From NCBI GenBank assembly GCA_003649205.1, contig QMRC01000001.1, forward strand, positions 192,001 through 256,000: 64,000 nucleotides of DNA, written 5' to 3'. Of this stretch, positions 8,890 through 19,100 are shown one piece after another. Every line of letters begins with the position of its first letter. The first letter of the stretch is position 1. The stretch comes from Thermoprotei archaeon. Its GTDB lineage: Archaea; Thermoproteota; Thermoprotei; Thermoproteales; B15-G16. The position numbers and the translations under genes are program-made. The notes under the pieces are model-generated. The model saw only the letters and a list, made by a program, of their open reading frames with translations, made no database searches and was not told the DNA's origin.

Positions 8890-11853
8890 ATGCTTCATGA
8901 TCCTAGGGTTAGGGGTTTTGTAGAGTACTTAAGGAAGATTGAGAGTAAGTGGCAAAGGAAATGGATGGAAGAAAGGGTTTTCGAGGCTGATCCTGATCCT
9001 AGCAAACCTAAGTTCTTCATAACAGTAGCATTTCCGTACCCCAATGCCCCTCAGCACCTAGGTCACGTCAGGACATACAGCATAACTGATGTACATGCTA
9101 GGTACAGGAGAATGAAGGGGTATAACGTACTATTTCCAATGGGCTTCCACTACACAGGTACTCCGATACTAGCAATGGCTAGGAGAATAGCTAGGGGAGA
9201 TTCCGACCTAGTATGGTTACTTACAGAGGTGTATGGTGTACCTAAGGAGAAGCTACCTGAACTCACTGATCCACTTAAACTAGCTAGGTACTTCCATCAG
9301 GAGATTAAGGAGGGCATGATTAGACTTGGCTATAGCATTGACTGGCGTAGAGAGTTCACTACAGTTGATCCTGAATTCAATAAGTTCATTGAGTGGCAAT
9401 TCCTAAAGCTTAGGGAGAAGGGATTTATTGTCTCCGGTACCTACCCCATACCTTACTGTCCAAGCTGTGAGAATCCCGTTGGTATGCATGATACAGAGGA
9501 CGATGTAGAACCTGAGGTAGCTGAGTTCACGGTGATTAAGTTCAGGTTAGAGGATGGTACAGTACTCCCAGTGGCAACCCTTAGACCAGAGACTATCTTT
9601 GGTGTTACAAACCTCTGGATTAATCCTGACGCCACTTACGTAGTGGCTGATGTCAATCAGGAAAGGTGGATTATATCGAGGGAGGCTGTTGAGAAGTTAA
9701 AGCATCAGAACTACAGCGTGGAGATTCTATCTGAAGTTCGTGGTTCTGATCTCATCGGTAAGTTCGTGCTAAATCCAGTAACTAATGAGAAGGTACCTGT
9801 ACTACCAGCTACATTCGTTGATCCTGACTTTGCAACAGGTATAGTAATGTCGGTACCTGCTCACGCACCCTTTGACTATGCAGCACTCAAGGACTTGAAA
9901 CAGAGGTCTAGAGAGGTAGCTGAGAAGTACGGTCTACCTGAAGAACTCATTAAATCTATAGAGCCAAAGATAATCATTAAGGTAGATAGTACCCCTAAAG
10001 CCACTGCTGTTGAGTATGTCGAGAAGTACGGTATTAAGTCGCAGTCTGAGAAGCTAGCTCTCGAATCTCTCACTCGAGAGGTATACTCACTGGAGTTACT
10101 TAGAGGGGTAATGCACGATAATACGCCTTATGCAGGAACATCAGTTAAGGATGCACGAGAGAAGGTGAAGGAGGATCTCACTTCACGAGGTTACGCTACT
10201 ATAGTGTACGAGATTGTGAATAGACCTGTCTTCTGTAGGTGTAAGACAAAGGTTATAGTGAAGATACTTCCAGATCAGTGGTTTATCGACTACGGTAATG
10301 AGAAGTGGAAGGAATTAGCTAGAGAGTGCTTAAGGAAGGTCAACATAATTCCACCTGAGATACGTAAGGAATTTGAAAACACTATTGAGTGGTTGAGGAG
10401 AAGACCATGTGCGAGGAAGAGAGGTTTAGGTACTAAGCTACCTTGGGATAGAAGGTGGGTTATCGAGTCGCTAAGTGACTCAACCATATACATGGCATTC
10501 TACACAATAATTCACCTCATAAGGAAGAACAGGATACCACCAGAGAAGTTAACGCCAGAATTCTTCGACTACATACTCCTAGGTATAGGAGATGTAGAGG
10601 AGCTATCGAAGAAGCTAGGAATACCTACGGAAGTACTTGAGGAAATTAGAAGGGAGTTCACCTACTGGTACCCCTGTGACGCTAGACACAGTGGAAAGGA
10701 CTTAGTACCAAATCACTTAACATTCTACCTCTTCAATCATGCAGCAATATTCCCTGAGGATAAGTGGCCTAGATCGATAGTTGTCAATGGTTGGGTACTA
10801 CTTGAAAAGCAGAAGATGTCTAAGTCAAAGGGTAACATAATTCCTGTACGTAAAGCACTTGAGCTACTTCCAGCAGATGTCATAAGGTTAACCATACTAT
10901 CAGCTGCTGAGTTGATGCAGGATGCTGATTTCTCGCTTGAAGGTGTTAAGACTTCGATAGACATACTGTCCAAGATGTATACACTCATTAGGAAGGTAGT
11001 GGAGATGGGTAGACCGGGACCCGTGAAGAGTACTGAGTTAACGTACTGTGACAAGATCTTCATTAACAAGGTTAAGTTGCTGATTAAGGAAATAGATGAG
11101 TCACTGAGTAGATTGAGAATTAGGGATGCAGTGCAGAAGGCTTACTTCAGTATGTACAATTTTGTTATGGACTACTTATCGCTTGTAGAAGATGAGATGA
11201 GTGACGAGAGGAGGCGAGAAGTGATTAAGTATGTGCTGTGGTATGTGATCGATAAGTGGATTAGGGTCATTGCTCCTTTCACACCACACATAGCTGAAGA
11301 GCTTTGGTCTATGATTGATGGTGAAGGTTTTGTATCCATTGCTAGGTGGCCTGAAGTAAGGGATGAGGAGATTGATTACAGCTATGTCCTAGCTGATGAG
11401 TACATCAAGAGGTTAGTAGATGATATCTCTGCTGTTGTGAGAGCTACAGGAAAGAAACCTAGCAGAGTGTTCATTTACGTTGCTAAGAGAGAACACCTAG
11501 AGCTACTACGCAAGGTACTACACTACATAAGTACCGAGAAGCTTAGTGCTAGCGAAGCTGTTCGTAAGGTACTCAGTGAGGTCAAGGATCGTGAACTCAA
11601 GAAGTGGCTTGGTGAGAGAATGAAGAAGTTCATTGAGTACGTTGTCACAATTCCAGAGCTAATGAGGGATCTAGTGATTAGAGGAGTACCTATAGACGAG
11701 TATAGTGTGCTGAAGGAAGGTAGTAAGTACTTAGCTAAGTTACTGCACTGTAGTGAAGTCATTGTGTATCACTACGATGATCCTGAGAGGTATGATCCAG
11801 CAGGTAGGAGTAAACTAGCACTACCACTTAGACCGGCAATATACATCGAGTAG
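8890..11853 (+). CDS. leuS: Leucine--tRNA ligase
   Basis: FPYPN..HLGH, KMSKS, editing-domain TLRPET, archaeal C-terminal ALPLRPAIYIE. Confidence 0.97.
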   Translation: MLHDPRVRGFVEYLRKIESKWQRKWMEERVFEADPDPSKPKFFITVAFPYPNAPQHLGHVRTYSITDVHARYRRMKGYNVLFPMGFHYTGTPILAMARRIARGDSDLVWLLTEVYGVPKEKLPELTDPLKLARYFHQEIKEGMIRLGYSIDWRREFTTVDPEFNKFIEWQFLKLREKGFIVSGTYPIPYCPSCENPVGMHDTEDDVEPEVAEFTVIKFRLEDGTVLPVATLRPETIFGVTNLWINPDATYVVADVNQERWIISREAVEKLKHQNYSVEILSEVRGSDLIGKFVLNPVTNEKVPVLPATFVDPDFATGIVMSVPAHAPFDYAALKDLKQRSREVAEKYGLPEELIKSIEPKIIIKVDSTPKATAVEYVEKYGIKSQSEKLALESLTREVYSLELLRGVMHDNTPYAGTSVKDAREKVKEDLTSRGYATIVYEIVNRPVFCRCKTKVIVKILPDQWFIDYGNEKWKELARECLRKVNIIPPEIRKEFENTIEWLRRRPCARKRGLGTKLPWDRRWVIESLSDSTIYMAFYTIIHLIRKNRIPPEKLTPEFFDYILLGIGDVEELSKKLGIPTEVLEEIRREFTYWYPCDARHSGKDLVPNHLTFYLFNHAAIFPEDKWPRSIVVNGWVLLEKQKMSKSKGNIIPVRKALELLPADVIRLTILSAAELMQDADFSLEGVKTSIDILSKMYTLIRKVVEMGRPGPVKSTELTYCDKIFINKVKLLIKEIDESLSRLRIRDAVQKAYFSMYNFVMDYLSLVEDEMSDERRREVIKYVLWYVIDKWIRVIAPFTPHIAEELWSMIDGEGFVSIARWPEVRDEEIDYSYVLADEYIKRLVDDISAVVRATGKKPSRVFIYVAKREHLELLRKVLHYISTEKLSASEAVRKVLSEVKDRELKKWLGERMKKFIEYVVTIPELMRDLVIRGVPIDEYSVLKEGSKYLAKLLHCSEVIVYHYDDPERYDPAGRSKLALPLRPAIYIE

Positions 11854-11859
11854 GTAGAA

Positions 11860-12486
11860 GTGAAGAACTTGAAGCTAAATACCCTACTAGAGATTCGTAC
11901 CAAAAAATTAAGAGATCTTGAGTTCATTGAGTTAAAACCAATTCAAGCACTCCTCCTCTTTCTATCTCAAGAACCTAAGGGATTTAGTAGCTATTTAAAA
12001 CTACACCTAGCCATATTTCACGTACATGACTTAGTTCCTTACAATTTCATGGTAACACCATTCATGCCCTACAGCTCTGAACTTGAAAACGATATTGAGC
12101 AGTTACGTAGGTTGAGATTGCTTGAGTTCAGGTACAGGAAGTACTACAGTGGTAGGGTGTGTGAGATCGTGGTTACTAATCGAGGAATTGAAATCAGTAA
12201 TCATTTGCTCAATCTCGTTCGTAAAGGTAGCATTTTGCTATGGTCATCACTCATAGTGAAGGGAAAGGATTACGTGAGTAGGTTACGGTACATGAAGAGA
12301 TTACTCGCTGAGTTACCTATGAGGAAGCTAGTAATGAGCTATATCGTGAAGTTCCTATTTAGAAGTAATGAAGTGATCTTCAAGCATGATCTGAGTAATC
12401 TCAAGAAACTAGCTCTGTACGAAGCTTTATCGGTAATCTCAGCAGATACTTCTTCAGACCTATACATATTAATCCCTTCATACTAG
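11860..12486 (+). CDS. Hypothetical winged-helix protein, YwgA/Panacea(SocA)-like
   Basis: KL..AIF...Y.F..TPFMPYSSELENDIEQL....LL...VTNRG resembles GPYSxELxxDLxxL...LTxxG. Confidence 0.5.
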   Translation: MKNLKLNTLLEIRTKKLRDLEFIELKPIQALLLFLSQEPKGFSSYLKLHLAIFHVHDLVPYNFMVTPFMPYSSELENDIEQLRRLRLLEFRYRKYYSGRVCEIVVTNRGIEISNHLLNLVRKGSILLWSSLIVKGKDYVSRLRYMKRLLAELPMRKLVMSYIVKFLFRSNEVIFKHDLSNLKKLALYEALSVISADTSSDLYILIPSY

Positions 12487-14532
12487 TTCAAGAATGGAGT
12501 TTATGAAGGTATCAGCACCAACTACTCTACATCCAAGTACTTTAAGTACCTGAGGAACAATATTGGATAGCCTAATCGAGCGCATCCTACCTATTTTCCT
12601 CCTCAATCTGGCGTACAAGCAATCGGGAATTACTACCAGTACATCACCCCTCTCAAGACCTCTAGGTTCAACTTCACTACTCAACACTACAATGCGTGTA
12701 ATACCTTGAACTGGGTTCTTCAGATGAACTTCATATCCTAGGTACTCAACCTCCATACCTAGTAGCTGAAGTGTAGTAGCAAGCAATGCAGAAATTTCTT
12801 CACTATGTACGGTATCCTCAATCTTTGTTAGTGGTTTTGGTGAGTAGAATCTTGATCCATCTCGGGTATACGATTGAGCTACGTTCTCTACTTCCTTAAT
12901 TACGTAGCTCAGTGGTACATATAGGTGAGCTAGGTTTAGTACTGAGTAGGTGAAGAGGGTAAGAGATAGCGCTCTCAATCTCTTTTCACGTAATTTACGA
13001 AAGAGCAATATGAATATGTATGGTAGGAGCTTAGAGAGTGTAGGTACCTTACCTACGACATCATTATCCACGTACTGGGTGTGTAGGTTCTTAGGTTGTT
13101 TAAGGCTACAGATGTTGGTGTATACTTCTAGAGCTAGATTCCTCACTTGTTCATCTAGATCACGTAGGAGGTAACTAGATATGGTTCTTAGATTGAGCAA
13201 TTTCTCTCTTTTCTGTAAGGTCTTTCCCTCTGTAAACTCCATGACTGTGGTTATCCATCCCTGTAGTTCATCTAGAGGTTTACCTCTCTCAGCTGCTCTT
13301 GTTTCAAGTCTTGAGAGCGAGTACGTAGCTTCTCTTAGTGTGAAGTTGTTTAATCTACGTATACGTAATACTTCAGGTACAAGTCCACATTTAGTGAGGA
13401 CGACCAACTTGCCGCCTTTGCTGGAGTTATCTAATATTGTGTTTAAACTTTTCAGTTCACTTTGATCCGTAACCTCGATGAAGATCGTGTGTCCTTGCTT
13501 TATCTGTCTTATCTGCTCTATGTCTGATGTACATGCGATGGTTGCTTTACATGACATTACCTCATCTATGTTACCCCATCTGCAGTAGTTACTTAGCTCA
13601 CGAATAGCTTCCTTTCTGGAGTCTAGGTACTGTTTGAGGAAATTCTCAAGGAATAGTGGTAGTGCAACTTCGACAATTAGTGGTTTTGCTTCATTGATCT
13701 TACTCATGTACAATTCTCGAATACATCTGAAGAGAGCTGTACCTATTTCTCCAAACTTTTGCTGAAGTATTTCTTGAAGAGCATCAAATGAAGTTCTTAG
13801 TCTCGTATTGAGTTCACCAATTACAAGAGGATTCAGTACCCTTGAGAGACCACATCTGCACCTACTACGTAATTCAGCAAGCACAGGTACGTAGTTCAGT
13901 ATACGCAGTACATCACTTGATAACCAGTCAATGATTAGTTTCCTTGCATTACGTTCATCTACATTAAGATTTTGTCTGGTCAGTTCAAGAAGTTTGCTGA
14001 AGCTCATAGGGAAGCTCAAGTCCTTTAAGAACACCTTACTCTTACTCTCATGATTACGGTGTTCACTTGAGAAAGTAAGTACAGGTTCCCAAACAATGCT
14101 CTTTACATCAACTAACTCTCCGCAACCTTTACACCTTACCCTATAGAGATTCCCTAGCTTCACAACCTCACCATTCAGATTCACAGTATACTCCAACATG
14201 CTAGATATTGCGGCACTTAGTTCCTTCCTCAGTTCCTTGACATTGCATACATGTGTTAGTGCTCTAAGAGCTACACATTCTAGCTCATTACATAAGCAAA
14301 TTACCTTCCTCCTAAGTCGTAGTGCTTCATAAGTTGTAACAGGTAGTCCGGATGATACGTTAATCACTACATCACCAGAGTTGGTGTACTCCTTTAAATA
14401 CGTCCTGACTACACTCCACGGTGTACGTACTAAGAGCCTAAATGGTCTATACACTGATCGTGGAGGATACTCACAGGTAGATATAGGTGCGCCTAGATTC
14501 CTAACAACACTAATAACTGATCTATACGACAT
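12478..14532 (-). CDS. Large hypothetical protein resembling a degenerate adenine DNA methyltransferase with Zn ribbon
   Basis: YTNSGDVVINVSSGLPVTTYEALRLRRKVI matches YTxxGDxVLDPFxGSGxTxxEAxxLGRxxI; LYRVRCKGCG...CRCG. Confidence 0.55.
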   Translation of the reverse strand: MSYRSVISVVRNLGAPISTCEYPPRSVYRPFRLLVRTPWSVVRTYLKEYTNSGDVVINVSSGLPVTTYEALRLRRKVICLCNELECVALRALTHVCNVKELRKELSAAISSMLEYTVNLNGEVVKLGNLYRVRCKGCGELVDVKSIVWEPVLTFSSEHRNHESKSKVFLKDLSFPMSFSKLLELTRQNLNVDERNARKLIIDWLSSDVLRILNYVPVLAELRSRCRCGLSRVLNPLVIGELNTRLRTSFDALQEILQQKFGEIGTALFRCIRELYMSKINEAKPLIVEVALPLFLENFLKQYLDSRKEAIRELSNYCRWGNIDEVMSCKATIACTSDIEQIRQIKQGHTIFIEVTDQSELKSLNTILDNSSKGGKLVVLTKCGLVPEVLRIRRLNNFTLREATYSLSRLETRAAERGKPLDELQGWITTVMEFTEGKTLQKREKLLNLRTISSYLLRDLDEQVRNLALEVYTNICSLKQPKNLHTQYVDNDVVGKVPTLSKLLPYIFILLFRKLREKRLRALSLTLFTYSVLNLAHLYVPLSYVIKEVENVAQSYTRDGSRFYSPKPLTKIEDTVHSEEISALLATTLQLLGMEVEYLGYEVHLKNPVQGITRIVVLSSEVEPRGLERGDVLVVIPDCLYARLRRKIGRMRSIRLSNIVPQVLKVLGCRVVGADTFINSILELV

Positions 14533-14678
14533 ACCGAGGTTACCAGATGGTATTACAGTGATCTTGGATTTGCTACTTCTCGAAAGGTTAAAAAGATTAG
14601 CTAGTACTCTCTTGTAAGCTCGGAGAATATCCCAATCATTACCTTGGTATTACAACATTGATGTGAGGTGTAGCGGTT

Positions 14679-16208
14679 ATGTCAGTTGATCTAGCAAGAG
14701 AAACGTACAGAGGTCTCAGCCCAGCTGAGTTCTTCTACAGGAATAAGGAGATTGCAGGTTTTTCGAATCCAGCTAGAGCACTCTACCAAACAATTAGGGA
14801 GCTTGTTGAGAATGCACTTGATGCTACGGAACTTCACGGTATACTACCTGACATAAAGATCTTCGTTGATGTAGTTGATCCAGGTAAGAACATAGTGAAG
14901 GTAAGGGTTGAGGATAACGGTATTGGCGTACCTAAGGAGGAGGTACCTAAAGTCTTCGGAATGGTCTTCTACGGCTCGAAGTACAAGATTAGGCAATCAC
15001 GTGGTGTCTTTGGTCTTGGTGTAAAGATGGCTGTACTCTATGCTCAAATAACCACCGGTAAGCCAGTTTACGTAAAGAGTTCAACAATTGACTCGAAGGA
15101 GATCTATGAATTTGAGGTCATGATAGACGTCATTAACAATAGACCGATTGTACTCTCTCACCGAAGCTATCGCAAAGATAATCAATGGCATGGTACGGTT
15201 GTCGAACTGACAATTGAAGGTAATTGGTCATATGCAAAGAAGAGAATTGAGGAATACATAAAGAGAACAGCACTCATAACACCCTACGCAAACATATACT
15301 TCAAAGGGCCTGACATAGAGTTAGCGTTCACAAGAGCAACTAGGAGAATACCGAAACCACCAAGGGAAGGCCTACCACATCCTAAAGGTGTCGACATTGA
15401 GATGTTGAAGCAAATGATAGCTATGACCGAGGAAAACCTATCGCTTAGAGACTTCCTGATTAAGTACTTCGATGGTGTTGGAAAGATATCAGCAGAGACA
15501 TTCCTCAAGTGGGCTGGCTTCAATCCAGAACAGTCAATAAAGACACTCACATTGGAGCAACTTGATGAGTTAGCTCGTAAAATGCGTGAGTACAGTGGTT
15601 GGAAGAGACCAAAGGACATCTCACTATCTCCATTAGGTGAGGAACTCCTTAGGAGAGGAATTGAGGAGGTACTGAAGCCAGAATTCATAGCTACTGTCAC
15701 ACGAAAACCCTCATCCTACATAGGTAATCCATTCGTAGTTGAAACAGCAATAGCGTGGGGTGGTAAGATACCACCATCGGAGAAACCAATACTGTACAGA
15801 TTCGCTAACAAGATACCACTACTCTACGATGAGGGTGCTGATGTAACCAGAAAGATTGTTGATAGTATTGACTGGAGTGTGTATAAGGTTAAGTTCCCTG
15901 CACCACTCCTTGTCGTGGTTCACATATGCTCAACGAAGATACCGTTTAAGGGTGTAGGTAAGGAAGCTATTGCTGAGGTACCTGAACTTGAAGAGGAGAT
16001 AGAGGCTGCTCTTAGAGAATGTGCTAGAAAGCTGAGAATGTACATAACTAAGAAGGAGAAGGAACTTGAACTAGCACTCAAAAGAGTTACCTTCATGAAG
16101 TACCTACCCGAAGTAGCATCAGCACTATCCTACATAACTGGTAAGGATAGGGCACACATTGAGAGAAATCTCATAGATATCCTCGAAGCAAAGCTCAGAG
16201 GTAGCTAG
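14679..16208 (+). CDS. top6B: DNA topoisomerase VI subunit B
   Basis: SPAEFF, ELVENALDA, DNGIG, GVFGLG GHKL motifs; RFANKIPL. Confidence 0.97.
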   Translation: MSVDLARETYRGLSPAEFFYRNKEIAGFSNPARALYQTIRELVENALDATELHGILPDIKIFVDVVDPGKNIVKVRVEDNGIGVPKEEVPKVFGMVFYGSKYKIRQSRGVFGLGVKMAVLYAQITTGKPVYVKSSTIDSKEIYEFEVMIDVINNRPIVLSHRSYRKDNQWHGTVVELTIEGNWSYAKKRIEEYIKRTALITPYANIYFKGPDIELAFTRATRRIPKPPREGLPHPKGVDIEMLKQMIAMTEENLSLRDFLIKYFDGVGKISAETFLKWAGFNPEQSIKTLTLEQLDELARKMREYSGWKRPKDISLSPLGEELLRRGIEEVLKPEFIATVTRKPSSYIGNPFVVETAIAWGGKIPPSEKPILYRFANKIPLLYDEGADVTRKIVDSIDWSVYKVKFPAPLLVVVHICSTKIPFKGVGKEAIAEVPELEEEIEAALRECARKLRMYITKKEKELELALKRVTFMKYLPEVASALSYITGKDRAHIERNLIDILEAKLRGS

Positions 16209-16312
16209 GTAGCGAGGTATGGAGGTACCACAGCAATACCACCCAACGTATTACTGGAAGGCTTATAGGGGCTTTTCTACGGAGTTAGAAAGAACTTACT
16301 GGGGGATTTCCT

Positions 16313-17416
16313 GTGAACAAGAGGGATGAAGCTCTAAGGAGATTGGAGGAGTTCGCACTGAAGTTACTGGAGCAGATTGAGAATAAGCAACCTCCATACA
16401 TGGAAATACCATCGAGGACACTAAGCAATACAGTATGGGACCCAGAGAGGAAGATGCTACTACTTGGACCAGCTAAATTCAGGAGAGAGCTCTTCGACAT
16501 GAAGGAAGCGAGGAAGTTCATGCAGACAGTACTCATGCTTAAGCTCTTAGTTCAAGCTATTAGGGAAGGGGTTTACCCTACGATAAGAGATCTGTACTAC
16601 CACGGTAAGCACACAATAGAGTTCATTGATCACTTAGGTAGGAAGCAGAAGGAGAATACCTGGGATGAGCAAACTGAGTCAAATGCTGTTCTTCAGGATA
16701 TTGAGGTAGCTACTGGATTGCTTAGAGAGGAGATGGGTATTTCAGCTGATGTTAAGGGTAAGATGGTTGGCCCAATAATTGTTAGGTCTAGAGGTTACGA
16801 AATTGATTGTACGAGAATGGGTGAAGGAGCTTTTGGACTACCTCCAAATCCTGATGATCTGGAGATAGTTAAGATTGAAGCTACGTACGTGCTCTGTGTC
16901 GAGAAGGATGCTATTTTCCAGAGACTTAATAGAGAGGAGTTCTGGAAGAGGGAGAACTGTATTCTCATAACTGCTAAGGGCATGCCTGATAGAGCTACTA
17001 GGAGGATGCTTCGTAGGCTTTGGGAGGAGTATAAGTTACCTGTTTACATACTGACTGATGCTGATCCATATGGATGGTACATCTACAGTGTGTACAAGAG
17101 TGGTTCAATAGCACTTAGCTACGAGAGTGAGAGACTTGCTTGTCCTGGTGCTAAGTTCATTGGATTAACGACAAGTGACATTATTGAGTACAGGATATCT
17201 GATGAGTATGTCATAGCTGCAACTGATAGGGACATAAAGAGAGCTACTGAGTTAATGAAGTACCCATGGTTTCAATCACCACATTGGCAGAAGGAGCTTA
17301 AGCTATTCTTGAAGTTGAAGAAGAAAGTTGAGATTGAGGCTTTAAGTACTCATGGGTTTAAGTTCCTTCACGATTACATAATTGACAAAATTCATCATGG
17401 AAAGTTCATAGATTAA
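16313..17416 (+). CDS. top6A: DNA topoisomerase VI subunit A
   Basis: TIRDLYY catalytic Tyr, VEKDA, DADPYG toprim. Confidence 0.97.
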   Translation: MNKRDEALRRLEEFALKLLEQIENKQPPYMEIPSRTLSNTVWDPERKMLLLGPAKFRRELFDMKEARKFMQTVLMLKLLVQAIREGVYPTIRDLYYHGKHTIEFIDHLGRKQKENTWDEQTESNAVLQDIEVATGLLREEMGISADVKGKMVGPIIVRSRGYEIDCTRMGEGAFGLPPNPDDLEIVKIEATYVLCVEKDAIFQRLNREEFWKRENCILITAKGMPDRATRRMLRRLWEEYKLPVYILTDADPYGWYIYSVYKSGSIALSYESERLACPGAKFIGLTTSDIIEYRISDEYVIAATDRDIKRATELMKYPWFQSPHWQKELKLFLKLKKKVEIEALSTHGFKFLHDYIIDKIHHGKFID

Positions 17417-17426
17417 TGGTGAGTTC

Positions 17427-19091
17427 GTGAGTCCTGAAACATATGTATTTAGACCGAGGAGGTATCTTGAGAAGGAGGACTTTGAGAAGTACCTACAGCT
17501 AGTTAGGAAGGTAGCTACCTTCGATGCTAGTACTAAGCATTGGGTATTTTCACCTGAAATAGCTGCAAAGTACTTTGGAAGTAGTGACGAATTGCTAGAT
17601 CACTTAATTGAGTTAAGAAGTTACGTAGATCTAGATTACAGCACTATACTCGATCTAGTGGATCTATTTGAGGATTACTTGGATAGGTTGAAGTGTGTTA
17701 TTGTAACTAGGGAAGGGGGATTGCTCAGGTTAAGAGTACATAGGAGATACTTTCGTGATGTGTTGTCAATCCTCAGGGAGGTAGCTGTTGTGAGCTATTA
17801 CATTGAGGTTCCTAAAGTTGATGAGGTCACTGGTGAGTTTCAGGGTACGGAATTAGTTGAGAAGAGATTGAAGCTGTATAGGGTTGCTAAGGTTGGTGAA
17901 GAGTTTGTTACACCAGTTGGGCTACTTCATGTATTGAGAAAAGAACTTCAGAGAAGAGGGTTTGGTACTGATGTCAAGATTGAAGTCAGAAAGTTCGATA
18001 GGGATGTACCTATGGAACTCAATTTCAAGCTGTACCCCTACCAAGAGGAGGTTTACAGTAAGTGGCTTGAAGCAGGTTGTAGAGGAACAGTCGCTATATT
18101 CACAAGAGGTGGAAAGTCCTTCATCGCAATGAAAGCAATATACGACCTCAAGGTCCCAACAGTGATTTTCGTTACTACTAGAGAACTTGCCTACACCTGG
18201 AGGGAGTACCTCAAGAAATACCTATCTATTCCAGAGAGTTACATTGGGTACATAGGTGAGGGTGAGTTTAGCATTAGACCAGTTACTATCGCTACTTACA
18301 AGAGTGCTGTTCAGCACATCGAGAGGTTGAAACAGGTATTTGAACTAGCAATATACGATGAGTCACACCATGTACCAGCAAAGACCTTCAAGACCGTAGC
18401 TATACACCTCGATTCACTGTATAGATTAGCTCTCTCAGCAACACCAGAGAGGAGGGATATGAATCATGAACTCCTCTACAGACTTTGTGGTGATCTCCTA
18501 GCTAGTATAGATTACATACAGCTAGTTAGATTGAAGGTTGTTGCACCAATTGAGGTATTTGATACCCTCTACGCTAGAGATCAAAGCGAGAAGCTTCTCC
18601 ACCTACTCGCTGTACTGGATAAGCATAGAAATGAAAAGATTTTCGTATTTACTCAGTACAGGAAAACAGCCGAGAAGCTCTATACCGAACTGATGAAGAG
18701 GGGGTACAAGGTAGCTCTAATCACTGGTGAAACACCTCAAAGCAAGAGAGCTTTAGCGTTTAAGGAGTTCATCTCTGGCCAGGTAAATATCATAGTTACA
18801 ACGACGGTACTCGACGAGGGTATTACTGTACCTGATGCGGATGTAGCTGTGATATACGAAGGTACCGGTGAAGCTAGACAAATGATTCAGCGAATAGGTA
18901 GAGTCCTCGGTTACATGCCGGGTAAGACAGCTAAGGTCTACGAGATAGTTGACCTGTCCAATACCAGAGAGAGGAATGCTCATCTGAGGAGACGATGGGT
19001 TAGAGATCTGTACATGAAACCTGAAGTTAGGAAGTATGTTCTTGAGGAGAAGAAGTTGACTACACAGAAGTTAATGAGCGATTACCTCTAA
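17427..19091 (+). CDS. SF2 helicase, XPB/Rad25-like
   Basis: LYPYQ, TRGGKS, DESHH, LSATPER, LDEGITVP, QRIGR. Confidence 0.85.
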   Translation: MSPETYVFRPRRYLEKEDFEKYLQLVRKVATFDASTKHWVFSPEIAAKYFGSSDELLDHLIELRSYVDLDYSTILDLVDLFEDYLDRLKCVIVTREGGLLRLRVHRRYFRDVLSILREVAVVSYYIEVPKVDEVTGEFQGTELVEKRLKLYRVAKVGEEFVTPVGLLHVLRKELQRRGFGTDVKIEVRKFDRDVPMELNFKLYPYQEEVYSKWLEAGCRGTVAIFTRGGKSFIAMKAIYDLKVPTVIFVTTRELAYTWREYLKKYLSIPESYIGYIGEGEFSIRPVTIATYKSAVQHIERLKQVFELAIYDESHHVPAKTFKTVAIHLDSLYRLALSATPERRDMNHELLYRLCGDLLASIDYIQLVRLKVVAPIEVFDTLYARDQSEKLLHLLAVLDKHRNEKIFVFTQYRKTAEKLYTELMKRGYKVALITGETPQSKRALAFKEFISGQVNIIVTTTVLDEGITVPDADVAVIYEGTGEARQMIQRIGRVLGYMPGKTAKVYEIVDLSNTRERNAHLRRRWVRDLYMKPEVRKYVLEEKKLTTQKLMSDYL

Positions 19092-19100
19092 CCTCAGGAT

